Positions 1-12,878 of a stretch of DNA of 64,000 nucleotides are shown in pieces. Positions within the stretch are counted from its first letter, which is position 1, and every line of letters begins with the position of its first letter. Both the position numbers and the translations under genes were made by a program. The DNA comes from Balamuthia mandrillaris (Eukaryota): positions 62,001 to 126,000 of the forward strand of contig JAVKOQ020000084.1 of the NCBI GenBank assembly GCA_031835245.2, read 5' to 3'. A model generated the notes under the pieces. It was not told the origin of the DNA. It saw nothing but the letters and a program-made list of their open reading frames with translations, and searched no databases.

Positions 1-3000
1 TGCAAAGAAAGAAGGAAGAGGAGGTTGCTGCCAAAAAGGCTGTACTGACCAGCGTCAGCGCCATCGAAGACGATGTCATTATCAGCAAAACGGACCTCAA
101 CAAACGGCGCTCCTCCGTTCTACCATCTATTCTTGAAGAATCGCAACGACAACCGGCAGAGAATGACGCAATGTCAAGCATCGATTCAGAAGGGCTTCAA
201 ACTTACCTTGCTTCGCTCTCTGGAAGAACCACTAGCAGCGAAGACACTCCTTCTTCTACTGTTGAGACCGTTTCAAACGACAAAAACAAAACCAACGAAG
301 GAGAGGCCTTCACTGCAAAACCAACCATTGTTGCAAAAGAAGGAGTGGAAGGAGAGATTGACGAAGGCTTTCTTACTCCTCCGAATTCTCCATTCAACTC
401 GGATGTGGATGAGAATGATGATGATGAAGAAAAGGAAGAACAAGGGCTGGGGCTGCGTGCTGTGCTAGCAAGTGCCTCCGGTAGAGCTTCGCCTGCGCCG
501 AGCACCTTGCTGGAGACTTTCGAGCACGAGATACGCGAACAAATGCGGCTCAGAGAAAGCGTGAGTGTTGTTGTCTTTGTGTGTTTTTTGTTCTTGGTGG
601 TATCTGTAAGTTTATCTTGTTCTGGTTTTAACTTTATTCTCGCGTTCAGTACAAGTTGACACTGGAACCATCCACAATCGAACTGGGCAAGGTGCAAGTG
701 GGCGAAAAAGTTTTTTCAGAGTTTTACATCAAGAACGAAGCTCCCGAGCCTATCAGCTTCGATATACTCTACATCGCTCCCCACAAAGCCTCACAACAAT
801 CATCCAGCCCAGGTCGCTCACGCTCCAGAAGTGGCACCAATAAGAAACAATTGTCTCCATCTCATCAATCACACCAACCCCAACAACAGCAGCACCAACA
901 ACAAACCCAGCCCGTTTCCTCTGAAGCACCAACCCCTCCTTTTATGTCACCTCCTTCTTCGGGCTACACCACTCCTTCCTTTGCTTCTTCTGCTGGAGGC
1001 AAAGAAGTTGGCGATGAGTCATCCACATTAATGCAGTTTGACCAGTACCAAGGCACAATTGCTCCAAATGGCGGCGTGCGTCGCATCGGCTTTAGCATGC
1101 TTTGCTTGCCGCCCATTCACGCTCAGAGTCATCGAGTGGTGGTGAGGAACCTCAGTACGCTCGCGGAGAGTACCCTTACCGTGGAGCTCACTCCCATCCA
1201 ACCCCGTTTCCTACGGTTCCCAAGCTTGGAAGTGGATGAGCAAACGGGGGCCTCCTTCCTTGATCTTGGCTTTTGTTATGTGACAGAGGATGCGCCGCTT
1301 GCCTCGGAGAAAGAAGCCTATGCTAAAGTGTGCTCCATTCCTATCGAAAACGTGTCAGAGGTACATTGCCGTTACTTCTCACGATTCTTCATCATTTTTT
1401 GTTCTTCTAATCATTGTTTTTCGTTTTCGCACAATTCACATTCCATAAAAATTACTTCTCTCTAGAAAAACCTGGTGCTCTCGTTAACGACCAACATCTC
1501 GGCACAAGCTGTACTTTTCCAGGACGAAGCGCTGCAGCAATCAGGAGACTTCGTCTACCTACCCTCCAAAGAGCAACGCACCGTCTACATCTGCATCCTT
1601 CCCAATCGTAGTCGCTTTGGCAAGTCCTACAAACAAGGAGTCTGTCGTGACCTCATCGGTGGCATTCGTATCAAAGTGCACGACCAAGCCACAATGGATG
1701 CAAGCATGCTGGCAAGAATGTCTCCTCCTTCCTCCGCTTTTAGTTCTGCGCTCCTCGCCCCTGTTCCCATGCGTGCGCCGCCTTCTTTCATGCTTCCTGG
1801 TTCTTCTTCCTCCTCTGCTACCCCAACTCCTTCCTCGTCACCGCCACCACCAACAACAGATCACGCGGAACTTGCCGCCTCGCTTCGTTCTCCTTCTCCC
1901 ACTCCCACCATTTCCTCCCCACTTGTTGAAGCAGTGCCACAGCCGCGTTATCTCTATGAGAGGACAATTAAGTTTATGGGAGTCATTGGCCAAAGCGTGT
2001 TGAAACTCTCTGAACATTATTCTGACCTTGGAGTCGTTCATGAACTCGGTAAACCCGTTCAAGGTATTTTTTTTAAATATCTAAACCCTTCGTTTCTCTT
2101 CTCTCTCCCTTATGGACAATATTGATTGAATATACTTTGTAGGCCGCTTTGTCATTTCAAATATGACAGAAAAGATGCCTCTTCATTGGGAAATGCAGTG
2201 TACCTCCTTGCTGGTAAGTTGTTTTATTTATTTGAAAAAACTTTTTTGACTAACGAGAGTTACCAGACTTTGAGTGTTACGTCGGGACTGTTGGCTCCAC
2301 GCAATGAGGGTGGCGACCATCATCAAGGTTTTTTTCTCCTTGTTTCTTTTCTACCCTTTTTTTTTGTTACGTCTTAGAACTAACACTGAGCCTTATTTTT
2401 TCTTCTTTTTTCAGTTGTCACGTACAGTTTGTTGCCAACAGAATATGGTCTCTTTGAAGAGGAGATCCTTGTCTTCAACAAGGACAATGGTAAAAATCCC
2501 GTTCCTCAAATCTTAAGAGTTCGGCTGTTCGTCGAACAACCCGTTCTTCAAGTCACTCAAGACAACATCGATGTCGTTGCCACTAAACCGAAGGAAGAAA
2601 AGGAAAAAGAACAAGAAAAGCAAAAAGAAGCAAACATAGAGAAGCAGGTAGCAAACGAGTTACCAACTGTTTCAGTTCTTGATTTTGGAGTCCTTTATCT
2701 ACAAGGAAACGTTGTGGAGCAACAGCATAAAAAAGAAGAACCCACCAACGTGGAAGAAGGAGAAGAACGGCAACCACAACCACATCATCAACATCAACAA
2801 CAATTAGAGGAAGACATGTCGTTGAGCAGAAACGGAACTAATTGGCAACAACTCTACATGACGAATGCCAGTGATGAAACACTCACTTTGCGAGTAAGAT
2901 CGGACATCGGCATGTTTGTTTTTCACCAGTCTATTGTGGATGAAAAGGACATACCGAAGAAAGAAAGTTTGTTGCCGTTGTTGGAAGAGAAAAAAGCGGA

Positions 3001-6000
3001 ATGGTACCGAGAGAGAGCAGTAGAGCCACATCAACATTCATCTTCAACCGAGAGACAATATCGTGTTATTGGACACGATATAACGTTGAGGCCCTTTGAA
3101 CGGGTTCTTCTTCACTTCTTCGCTCCTGATTTCAGGAGTAACCACAACAACCAACCCAATTTCTCGCGCAAACTCGCTCGTTTGTTTGAAGGCAAACTTG
3201 TTCCTCTGACAGGAACAATCCTTTTGGAAAATGTGAATCGAGAACAACTAGAACGAGAAGAAAAAGTAAATGAACCATCTTCACCCTCGACAGTAACAGG
3301 CAAGCGGAATACTGCTGTGATGAAAGTGATCAACTTGAAGGCTTCTTATTGCATATCGATGGGCAGGATCTCTCCCAACAACGTACAGCTGGACAAGATC
3401 ACCAACGTCTTCGAGGCAAAACCATTCCAGTTCCTTGTGGAGAACACCTCTGAAAGCCCTCTCTGCTGTCTCTTTGAAGACCCACTACCGGAAGAAATCA
3501 CCATCGAACAACCTTTCCGTCTTAGTTCTGCTCGATCTTCCACTTCTTCCTCTGCTGGCGAAGATTCGCCAAACATCAGTAGCGAGAACCTTCATCATCA
3601 AAAGGGCTTGCTTCTCGTTCCAGCCTTGTCCTCGGTGTCCGTATCAGCGGTTCTCGACGCAGCTCGCATACGTGGCTCCTCCTCTTCCTTTGGGGACCAC
3701 CTGTACCAATCGGTGCTTACGCTGCACAACCTCCACAACTCACGCAACGACTCCTACCTTCATCTCTGCGCTCCCGTGCAGCTGCAACGTCTCTCCTACC
3801 GCCGTCTTACTGATGACAACGAGCTGGTCTTCTCATCACCATTGATGCACCCCACTCCCCCCGATGTGCCCCCTCCCGACGAGTGGTTCACCATTATCAA
3901 CACCTTTGATAAGCCGCTTGAAATACAGCTCAGCGGACAGCTCAACCCGGCGATGGCAGACCTCATCAGCCTTCGCCTGCTCAGTAGGACTTCCAATACG
4001 CCTCTCTCCAAGTTCACTTTGCCTGTAGGTGGCAGCATCGATGTCAAAGTAAGAGTCATGGCGAGAAAGGACTCACGCATGCCAAGCAACTGGGGCAAGA
4101 AGTACAAAGACTATCCTTTGGGAAAGTTGTTGCTGCAATGCGCGAACAACTTTACGGAGACCGTGTGGTTGCACGGCTCCTTGACACCGGGACCGACTTT
4201 CTCGTTGTCGTCCACGAGGCTGCATTTCAGAAAAGATGAGGAGGAACATGCTCCTTTGCCCAGCGATTCGTTCATGGTCAAGAACCTGTCTTCTCACTTC
4301 CCGTTGAAGCTGGAAATCATCGAAGTGAACGGCAGCAACAAAGACTCTTTATCGGTGAAGGCTACCCATCCCCACCCTTCCTCTCAAACTACCACCACTC
4401 CATCTACAGGGAACAAAGAAGGAGATTCTTCCACTCTCTTCCAAATATTGCCTTCGAGCAAGATAACAGTGCCCGCTGCAAGTACCAAACAAATCACTAT
4501 TCGTCTCAACTCCGAAAAGAAAAACAGCGCTTATCCCACCAACAAGATGTTCCAAGACGTTCACTTCCTAGTCAGAGACGTTCACTCTCCACTCACCACT
4601 CAGACTGTCTTCCTCTCTTGCTTAGAGAGCCATAAAACGGTGAGCAGTCGCAGCGGCTTTGCTGTTGATACCAGCTCCATTCTTGCCAAACACTCCAGCA
4701 AACGCATGAAAGCCATCAGTGATTTTGGAGGCGCTGGCTCTTCTGGTTCAGGTGGCGGTGGTGCTGCTTTTGGTGGTGGCTTTTCCCCCTCTTCGTTGAA
4801 TAAGTTGTTGGCTCATCAAGTCCCTCTTTTGGCTTTAAGAGTTTGTTCCCTCTTCCTTTATCTTTTTTCTTTCTCCTTCTTTTGTCTGACTGATTTTTCC
4901 TCTTTTTTTTCCCCCTCTCTCTCATTCACAATAGGGTTGTACTCCGGTTCCGTCTTCTGACTCAGACGAGCCACTCCGCTATGAAATCAACGTGGGACGA
5001 CGGGGTTGTGGCTCTGGCCTTGTCCATTGGGAGCTCACACTGGAGTATTCTCCTTCCATGTCGCTTACTTCTTCCTCCTCTTCCGCTCCATCTTCTCCAT
5101 CTCATGTTACTCCTATTTCTTCCGTTTCTTCCTCCCCACGAAGTTTGGCCCCACCCACCCCCTCGTCTTCTTCTTCATCATTGTTATCTCCCTCGTCCTC
5201 TTCTTCTTCGTCATCATCTTCTTCCGCTTCTCTCCCTTTGGAATACAAAGTATATTCTCTCAAAGACACGGATGATTCCTGGTTGACCCTCAGTCGTAAT
5301 GGCGGCATACTAGAAAAGCTCGGTGATCGTCAACAGCTTGTACTTACCTTCTCCACGGAGCGTATGGACTTTTACTCCACCTATGTCATCGTGGAAAACT
5401 TGGACAATCCCAAAGATGTCAAGTACATTAAAGTGGACTTGGAAGTAGTTGAGTCCAGTAACGCCTCTTACTTTAGTATCATCGTTGGCGGAGAGAAACT
5501 CGAGAACCCCACCATCGACATAGGCGAGGCCACCTATGCGCGAGTCAACCGCAACCACTCCTTCATCCTCTCCAACGACTCCAGAATGCCGCTCGACTTC
5601 TTGCTCAATGCTAACTTGAGCCCTCACGAAGCCACCGAAGTTGGCTTCTCTCTCTCCCGCACCTCATTGAAGCTGTTCAACGCTCTCACTATTGACGCCA
5701 TGAGCAGCGTTCGTGTATTCATCCACTTCCATCCTAGAGAAGACGAGGAGTTGCACGAGTTGCTGAGCAAGAACCCGCGACATCCCGTTCAAAGGACAAA
5801 CGAAATTTACGTCAGTTGCAGCCTTGTAAAAGACTATCAACAGACCATCACGTTGAAGGCGACTTGCTATGCTAAGCAACTGCAAGCCTCTCGAACCAGT
5901 CTCACCTTTTCTGGTTCGATCTTTCAATCAAACGCAACAAACACGGACAAGGATAAGAACAAGGAGAATGAAAAGCTAAGCAAGGAGAATAACAAAAAAA

Positions 6001-7556
6001 CGAACAAGAACGCAAAACGAGAGGACGATGATGGATTCGGAGTGACTATAGAGGAAAGCAGTCAACAAAAGGAACTTCAGGTGTTCAATCTTTGGGAAGA
6101 TCCGTTGGAGTATTGCGTTCGTAACGATAGCTTGTTTTTCCTTGTGGAGGGACCTCTTGAAGAACTTCAACTTCAAGAGGGTTCAGGGACCAAGGTATCG
6201 GTAGAGAGTGATGTCGGTGGAGATAACATACGTGCTACCATTTGGGGAAAGGGTGCTTCTCATACTCTCATCATCAAACCGAACCTCGAAAACATTTACA
6301 AGAATCGCAAACTTTTCTTGAGGGTACTCTCCAATTCCTTTCTTCTTTGCTCTTTTCCGTCTCTTCTCTCTCTCTCTCTGCTAATTCTGATTTGGTAACT
6401 TTAAAACAACAGGAAAAATACATAGAAGAACATATCTCATTGTACAACAAAACTAGACCAAGCGAGAACTATTCAATCGGAGTGCTTCTCTCTCTAGGCA
6501 ACTTCCCAAAGGACCTTCGCTTCTACACCAGTCCTGGCTTGAAGAATGCCTATCCTTACATGACGTTGGAGGAACGAATTGCTTCCTTCCTTCGAAACTT
6601 TCGAGTGTTTTGGAAGGAAGCTCACGCCTCCCTTCTTGCCACTTCCAACTCGAGAAGACGTCATCGAAGAGAACTAAGAGCCTCCTCCTCCTCTTCATCA
6701 TCTTCATCTTCTTTAGCTTCATCTAGAGAAGAAACGGAGAAGGAGAAAGAAAAAGAGGAAGACGAGCAAGTAGAGAAGCTGAAAATGGAAAGAAAGAGAG
6801 AAAACGAACACCGAGAAGAAAACGGTGAATACTACGAAGAAGAAGAAAGAGAAGAACATGAAAAACAAGAAAGAAAGAGCGTGAATACGGAGGGAAGCAC
6901 CGAAGGTTTAACTTTGGCCGGAACACAATCGTTGGAGCATGGACTTGTCGAGGTGCTACTGCGAAGCGTTTCTGCCACAGAGAGAAGCGGAACCTCCGAC
7001 AACGAAATTATCGCGTTATTATTGTCACTACAACAACCAGAGAAAGAGAAAGCTAAAGTGGTGCATCAAGAAGAGCCGTTTGCCTCGTTATTGTTTGACT
7101 ATCATTACATCACGGACGAGCTCGTCTTCTTTGGCTTGAAGAAGCAGGTTGGAAAGTTTGCCTTCCGTCTGGCTCATCTTGTTTACTGGTACGTTCTCTT
7201 CGTCTATTGGGTTCTGCTTCTGCTTCTGCTTCTGCTTGAGATTTTTTGTTCTCTTATCATTTTCTCTTCTCCAAAACGATAGCTCTTTGTTCCGGCACGA
7301 ATTATTCAGAGAGAGGCAAAAGCATCGTTGGAGCATGTTTCACGCTCAGTCGTTGCTTCTGCTGCACAAGATAAGCGCTGTTTGGGTGCAACGCCTCAGC
7401 TACTTCCTTCTCTTCTTCCCTGAACAAACCAGCGATCTCGACCTGCTGCGCATGCTGGAACGTAACCTCCGTCAACACTTGAATGTTCTGCAAAGCGTTG
7501 CTGCTTCATCATCTTCGTCTTCAACTTCTTCTCCATCTTCCTCCAACTCCAAGTAA
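1..7556 (+). CDS. Large multi-exon uncharacterised protein with repeated ASH/PapD-like Ig-fold segments and low-complexity linkers (5' end outside window)
   Basis: Consecutive long + ORFs (171-659, 656-1465, 1475-2125, 2429-4960, 4992-6398, 6242-7282, 7149-7556). The first introns were checked and join in frame (561-649, 1361-1465, 2064-2142). Recurrent motifs such as IELGKVQVG..FYIKN, LDLGFCY..IPIEN, LDFGVLY..LYMTN and IDIGEA..FILSN are typical of Ig-like ASH repeats. Stop at 7554-7556. Confidence 0.7.
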
Positions 7557-7578
7557 CAAAACTCTTGTTTAAAAAACT

Positions 7579-7931
7579 CTATTCAATAATGTTTGGAGGA
7601 AGCAAGAACCGAAGAACAGAGTCCAAAACGAGCATGCCACGTTTCGTGGGATGAAGCGATAGTTCTTCCTCTTTGTCTCCTCCTCGTTCAAGAAAACCTT
7701 CTGTGATAAGTGTTTGTATTTTGTCTTCTCCAAAAGCCTTTGTGGTAGTTGTTCAGCACGGTATGAAGGAGAAGCAAGAACCCAAAAAAAAACCTAACCT
7801 GATCAAACGAAAGTCCATTCGAATGTTGTTTGAACCTCTGTTGAGAGATCCCTTGGCATAACCGAAGTCCATTCAACAGCACCTCCTTTAGCGTGCAATA
7901 ATCAGTACATGTTTGTCCAAGAGATAAGCGA

Positions 7932-7983
<52 letters not shown>

Positions 7984-9401
7984 TCCGTTCTTCAGCTGTT
8001 AGCGTTTCATGCTCATCAATACCATGCCCTTTTCCTTCCACACTCTCCATCCACTTGTTGTAATGCTTCACCTATGATATGACACATGTTTTTTAGAGAA
8101 GAAAGAAGCAGGAGGGAGACTGTGACGAAAACTAGAAAGTATTCATTATGAACAAGGGACAAGAACAGACCTGTTTCCAGGCGTGACGAACGTTGTTGCC
8201 ATCTGTCAACCGACCGGAAGCCCCAGGGCCAGCACCTATCCAATCCTCGGAGTGCCAATACGCCAGGTTATGCCTTTTTTATTTTCGTTGTTATTGTTGT
8301 ATTGGTTTAATGTTGTTGGAAAGGGTTGAAAGGCAGAAACGAACCGACATTGTTGACCTTCCATCGCAAAGTTGGATACTTCGTATTGCTTGAAACCAGC
8401 TGTAGATGTCACTTGCTGCGTCACTTCGTATAGATCCGCTGCAAAGTCGTTTTCGACCCATTCCACCTCTTTTTGTTTTTGTTGGTGAGCAGCGTAAGCT
8501 AGAAAGAAATCATGATAACGAGAAAAGAAAGCAAACTTGGTTTTCTGCTATCGCTGATGCTGGGATGAAGAGCACGTCTGTAAAACTCAGTGCCGGGCTC
8601 AAGCGTTAACGTATAGAGCGACAAATGTGAAGTTCCCAGCTTTACTGCTTCCTATTCTTATTAACGTCAATATTCAAAACGAGTAAATAAAATACAACAA
8701 ATAAACGGACGAATAAACAAAACCTGTAGTTCTTGTCGCCATAGCTCAGGCGTTTGTTTGCCGTGCCGAGCATAAATGAGGTCGAAAGATACTCTATCAA
8801 ACAGTCCTAATGCTCCTTCTATCACTCGTTTAGCCTCCTTCAAGAGAGAGAGAGAGAGAGAGAGAACAAAGAAGAGGAACAGCATGAAGAATAAGCAATG
8901 TAGAATGAAGAACGAATTAGCGGAATGAAGAACCAAAAAACCACGGAACTACGAATGATGAAGAAAGAAGATACAAACCTGAACGGAATGCGCTCTGCCC
9001 AGGAAAGCAAGGTCATCCTCCCGCAACGACTGAACGCCAATGCTCACCCTATTAACACCGCTTTGCTTAAAGTCTTTTAACTTTTTTGCTTCTGCTGACT
9101 GTTTTGTGCGCGTTTCGTTTACATTTTAACACCCAAAACAAACAAACAAACAAACAAACAAACAAACAAACAAACAAACAAACAAACAAACAAACAAACA
9201 AACAAACAAACAAACAAACAAACAAACAAACAAACAAACAAACAAACAAACAAACAAACAAACAAACAAGAAACGACAAGAAAGAATGAGAATTACGGTG
9301 GGATTCGCTTCCATGGTGACCTCCACATCGGCGGCCACATTCCACCGTTTGTTGATGTGTTCCATTATTCCTGCAAATATTTTTGGCTTTTTTTTGTTAC
9401 C

Positions 9402-9442
<41 letters not shown>

Positions 9443-9450
9443 GAGGAGAG

Positions 9451-9490
<40 letters not shown>

Positions 9491-9823
9491 TACAGAAGCA
9501 AGAGAAGGGGTGCCACCCCCAAAAAAGACGGAGGTGACCGTCCGGTCCTTCACTGCAGAGTCCCCGAAATGAAAGTAAAAGTGGTCCAGCTCGGAGCGAA
9601 AACAACGCAGCATCCGCTCTTCATCAACGTCCGCCGCCAAGTAGCGATTAAAGTCGCAATAGGGACAGATCCGACTGCAAAAAGGCCAATGCACGTAGAT
9701 CGACAGAGAGGAAGGAGAACAAGAAACGGAACGGATGGAGTGGCGCCGTCGTGGGTGCGACGGAGCGTTGTTGCGGCAAGCAAACATGCATGCTCGAGAA
9801 GCTAGTTTGCGTTTCATCAACAT
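7579..9823 (-). CDS. RSAD1: Radical SAM heme chaperone HemW/RSAD1 (HemN-like), multi-exon, probable mitochondrial presequence
   Basis: SIYVHWPFCSRICPYCDFN (CxxxCxxC), VFFGGGTPSL, EVTMEANP, RVSFDLIYA and GFKQYEVSNFA motifs. Arg/Ser-rich N-terminus from ATG 9823. TAG at 7579-7581. Confidence 0.9.
9136..9269. repeat. (CAAA)n / (TTTG)n intronic microsatellite, about 33 units
   Basis: Read directly from the sequence. Lies in an RSAD1 intron and is T-rich on the sense strand. Confidence 0.95.
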
Positions 9824-10025
9824 TTTTTTTGTTTTTCCTTCTTTCTTTGGAATGTTTGGAATGCAAACTATTAGCTGTTGCTGAAGTTTCGATCTAATCA
9901 AATATCCAATAGACAATCAAACAACGGGATAAATAATTATCAAAATTTTAAATATTCAAGTGATTATCCGTGATAATTTTCGATAACTTGTTTGTTTAGT
10001 GATAATTTTCGATTATTTGTGATTA

Positions 10026-10750
10026 TTATGTGTCGGGATGGAAGTAGGCGAGCAATCGAGCAGGCACCTGCTGGCGGTTCTCTCTGGAGACATGCCACAG
10101 CTCCAGCGCGTCCCCGTCCCGCCTCTTCAGCCCCTCGATGAACGGAATGGTGGTGCGCAGGGCAATGGTGCCAACCATGAAGCAGTGGTTGGCGGGCTCA
10201 GCGACGTGCTCCACCAGCTGCTCCACCAGGGAGCAGAACTGCCTGGAAAAGCATTCCATCTTTCCTATCTCGTCTATCACTATCAGCGTTGGTTCCTTCC
10301 TCCCCTGCTGCTCACCAGAGCCCGCTGCAATGGAGGGATGGAAAAAAGTGGTAAGAGTGGAACGGACAAAAGGGAAAGGAAACGAAAGCGGGACGAAGGG
10401 TAGGTGCCTGCCGCAATGGCAGCAACGCTCAATTCAGGAAGGACGGCATGGTCCAGGGCATCTACGTCCACCCCGTACTTGCCCACTCTATGCTTGGATG
10501 AGCGAATGTTTTCATGAGCCAACACCACCGTTTGTTTGTGGTGCAAGGTCTCTATCTTGAAGCCTTCCCTCCCACACCCTCTCCCTTGTTGTTTTCTGAT
10601 CTCCTTGGTCACAAAGCCAAAGCAGCCGGAAGAAGGTGAAGAAGGAGAGCGTTGTTGCCATTTGGAGACAAAGGTCTCCACGGCGGTCGTTTTGCCAACG
10701 CCTGGTGGCCCCGTCAGTAGCACGATACGCTTTGGCGTCGATGCAGCCAT
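10026..10750 (-). CDS. NTPCR: Nucleoside-triphosphatase NTPCR/THEP1 family (NTPase_1), one intron near 10322-10405
   Basis: Walker A LTGPPGVGKTT, GFVTKEIR..GREGFKI, RVGKYGVD and Walker B IDEIGKME. Confidence 0.9.
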
Positions 10751-10959
10751 TCTGTTCCTTTACCCACAAATGGTTTCGTTTTTTTTTTTTTGCCACATTT
10801 ACTCTCAAATTTCCTGGTATGATTATTTGCCGACAAAAAATTTCGAAAGGTCAATCGATAAGCGAAAAAAGTTTCGCTGGGTATCGCTGTGGCCAAGGGG
10901 AGGCAATATTTGTCGACATCCAGTAATTTCGATAAACTTGCCATTTTTTTTTTGGCTTT

Positions 10960-12162
10960 TTTGCGGGGGGGAAGAGAAGAGCAGACGACGGTGCCGTGGC
11001 ACGGATGCGGTGAGCGCAAGGGTGAACCCTTCTTGCTCGCTTCATCCGCCACCAGTTCATCTTGGTCTTCTCTCCTTCTCCCCAAATATTTTTGTTAAAT
11101 TGAAAGCAGATCGGTTGGTCTGCCCCCCCCCCGATTAAAAGAGAGAGAGTGATGAGGGAAACAAAAAAAAACGAAACGAAAAAGTAGTGGTTGATGAGCG
11201 AAAAACAAAATGGATTGAAATAGGATGAGTTTGATAAAGAGTTGCGAGGGAAAAAACAGGAAGAAGGAGAAGAAGGCCGTTTTACAAAGAGGAGAAGATG
11301 GGACTTTGGATCAAAAAAAAACAAAGAGAGAAAGAAGAACGGAAATCTTGGGAGAGAGACAAAGTGAAAACGAAAAGGATTTAAAGGGAATGTTGGAGTG
11401 GAGGAACAGGGATTGAACGGAGGGAGAACAGAAAGAAGCTTCAACGAGACCCCGGAAAAAAGAGAACGAGAAAAAAAAAATAAGCGAAATGGAGGCGAGA
11501 GAAGAGAAGGAAAGCCGGATGGAGCGATAGCTGGAGCAAGAGAGAACAAAAAAGACCTTCAACAGATGTGAAGAGAGAGCATCACTTTCTTTTTCTTCTT
11601 TTCCTTTCTTCTTCTTCTTCTTTGCCGATCCCCCAACCCCAGGTGAAGCGACCATTAAGAAGCGGAAAAAAAAGTTGGAGAGGAAAAAAAAAAGGAAAGG
11701 AAGAGAACATCTTCTTTTCTTTTCTTTTTCTTTCTTTCTATGTTTTTTTTTCTGCTCTTTGGCGTTCGTTTTAACCCTAACCTAGAGGAATGGGAAAAGG
11801 AGTAAAACAAGAGTGGGAGCTTCTCTCATTCTCTCTTCTTCCCTTGTTTCTTCATCCATCATGGAGGGTGTAATCTTTTGGTGGTCCCCGATTTTCATCG
11901 TCACCCTCCTTTTGTGTGGTGTCTTTCTTCTTCTTCCTTCTTCTGAGAAGAAGAGGAAGAGGCAAAGTCCCACACGACAACAAAAAAAAATCCAACAAGA
12001 AAACGGGACTCTCTTGGTTGTGGGTGGCGAGAAGAGAAAGGAAGAAGGAAACAGAAAAAGAAAGCGTGTTAGTCTCTCTCTTTCTTTTGCAACGGTCTTC
12101 TCTCTTGTTTTTTTTAATCCGCTCTCCTCCTTTCTTTATTTTCTTCTTCCATGACCCTCTTG

Positions 12163-12198
<36 letters not shown>

Positions 12199-12830
12199 GG
12201 TCCACGACTTGTTGTTTCTTTGTTTGGACCTCTTTTTCCCTATTTCTTCGCTCGCTTTCCGCTGCTTTGGCCTTTCTGTCTTTCGACGCTTCTTGTCTCT
12301 TCCCGCTTTGCTCACTCAAAGAGAGCTGATGGCTGTTCTCTCTTCTAATTCTCTGTTTGCATTCTTTGTCTCTCCTTTTCTCTGGTCTTTTTTATTTTTT
12401 TCTTGCTCGTTGAAGAAGTGAAAAAGAGCAGTGAAGGGTCAAAGGAAGAGGAAGAAGAGGATGCTACCCTTTTTTTTTCTCCTCCTTTCTGAAGAGAAAT
12501 GATAAAAACAAAAGAAAGAAAAGATGTTCTCCCGTTAGCCTAAACCGCACATCGAGTTACATCAGAGGTTCTTCCTCGCTTTTTTTTTTCTGGTTTTTTT
12601 TGTTTTCTCTGACGATTTTCGGTTTCGAGGAAAAAAAATGACCAGCAGATGACTCTCTTGTACTTCCTTCTTGATACGCTCTTTTTTTTTGGCAAAAAGC
12701 TTCTCCCTCGCTTCTTTTATCTCTGATTTCTATCTTTTTTTTTTTTCATTTCGCGATACCACGGTTAACTTTTTTTTTCTTTCTCTCGTCTCTCTCTTTC
12801 TCTCTCTCTCTCTCGTCTCTCTCATTCTCA
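10960..12830 (+). ncRNA. Candidate long structured ncRNA, possibly telomerase RNA
   Basis: No credible protein ORF. Nested long-range complementary segments (11233-11251/12704-12721, 11439-11448/12406-12415, 11661-11668/12256-12263, 11784-11820/12121-12160), with G-U pairs favouring the + strand. TAACCCTAACC at 11772-11782. Boundaries approximate. Confidence 0.4.
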
Positions 12831-12878
12831 TCTTTCGATTGTAATAAAGCATCATGCCACACAAGGTGGTGATGGCGA

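Noticed and set aside
11813..12154. Small ORF with a hydrophobic N-terminus (MEGVIFWWSP...)
   Set aside because: No family motif, low-complexity composition and overlap with predicted RNA helices. It is not excluded, but cannot be supported as a CDS.
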